From Trichosphaerium sp. ATCC 40318 (taxonomy: Eukaryota; Protista; Tubulinea), in contig JALMLS010000330.1 of assembly GCA_038496445.1 (NCBI GenBank), positions 90,274-154,273 on the forward strand: a stretch of DNA of 64,000 bases, given 5' to 3'. The notes beneath the pieces were generated by a model. The model made no database searches, was not told the DNA's origin, and worked only from the letters and a program-made list of their open reading frames with translations. The position numbers and the translations under genes were made by a program. Below, piece after piece: positions 63,104 through 64,000 of the stretch; within the stretch, counting starts at the first letter, position 1; every line of letters starts with the position of its first letter.

Positions 63104-63405
63104 AATATATCTGTTATACGCAAGCCATGGTAATTGATGTTTGATACTGCTACGTCTTGCGTCCGAAAATACCAAATAAGTTCGCTGGGTGTAGTCTTTT
63201 TTAGTCGTTTTGCCTAATACAGTTTTTGGGGAGTGTGAGTGAACTTGTCATTTATTATCAAACCTGCAGATCATACTGTATCGCTCACAGTATTTACAAG
63301 TATGCTGGTAATTGATTCAATCATAATTGTTTTTCTTTAGTAACCTGTGTATCACGTGATAAACCAAAAAAAGTCAAACAATTTAATTAATGACAAAATA
63401 TAAGA

Positions 63406-64000
63406 ATGAACTTTAACTTTAACCCCAGAGATGCAAATATACCTATTTGTCCTCACAGCGCTGTAAAATCTAATTTTAAGTACCCTTCAATAGTTATTGG
63501 CTATGCTATTCTCGCTGTTACTTCTATTGTACTCGCTTTTACTGTGTACGCTAAGTTCAACGTAGTAAAGGTTAAAACAGATATTGTGAGGTACGTTCTT
63601 GACGAAAACGTATTCCTTACTTCAAATAGAAAGATTAGCGGTAAAAACATCTCAAATATAATGTGGGTACTCTATTTCTTGTGTCTTGGCGTTCGGCTTT
63701 GCGAAATTCCAAAATACGTCACCTTACTATTTATAAAGGTCTATTACTGGTTCTATTCAGTATGGTATAGCTCAGGACGATAACACTGTGCCTTTTGGCG
63801 CATTTGAGAAAATAGTTATAGTTGTCGGTCTAGTAATGCAGGTAAACGCACTAGAACGCTAAATAATAGCGTCGATCTATTTTAAACGCAAACTAAACAA
63901 CGGAAAACAAAAATGTCGGCCACAGCTCCTAACTCGCGTGAAAGCGCTCGGAGAATCATTATAAATGATTCTATACACTATTTTGAGATGTCATTGACAC
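63406..64000 (+). CDS. Multi-pass membrane protein (5' part; runs off the window)
   Basis: Hydrophobic segments IVIGYAILAVTSIVLAFTVY and IMWVLYFLCLGV separated by short introns; family not identified. Confidence 0.55.

Noticed and set aside
1-64000. Whole window as an endogenous giant virus, or use of an alternative genetic code
   Set aside because: No capsid, polymerase or packaging genes; intron-rich housekeeping genes are interleaved; TAA, TAG and TGA all act as stops.

Overview
AT-rich, gene-dense eukaryotic DNA with the standard code and many short (mostly 35-70 nt) spliceosomal introns, so the ORF track fragments most genes. I rebuilt gene models by eye from GT/GC-AG sites and CTAAC/CTAAT branch points. 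A GbpD-type RasGEF-cNMP-GRAM-cNMP gene and a tectonin point to an amoebozoan-like protist (inference). Housekeeping genes: SH3-RapGAP, mitochondrial bL32, TAF8, NAA60-like NAT, organellar 5'-3' exonuclease, SLC49-like MFS, sulfatase, Pam16, a SNARE, TRAPPC9, YbhB-type PEBP and oligopeptidase B. Between them sits an intron-poor accessory layer of F-box genes (3 F-box-LRR; 4 F-box-MORN2, two frameshifted and one fused to a glycogen-binding CBM48). The top finding is absent from the ORF track: a palindromic four-gene cluster at 14.5-17.5 kb encoding a secreted prepropeptide with a KR site and an essentially invariant 65-aa, 10-Cys mature peptide. Other highlights: an intron-containing T4 Rnl1-type RNA ligase with F-box-like motifs, a single-pass receptor-like RasGAP, a tectonin with extensin/adhesive-like repeats, strong CACGTG enrichment, two MITE-like elements and an intronic hairpin. 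No database searches were run; family calls rest on recognised motifs.
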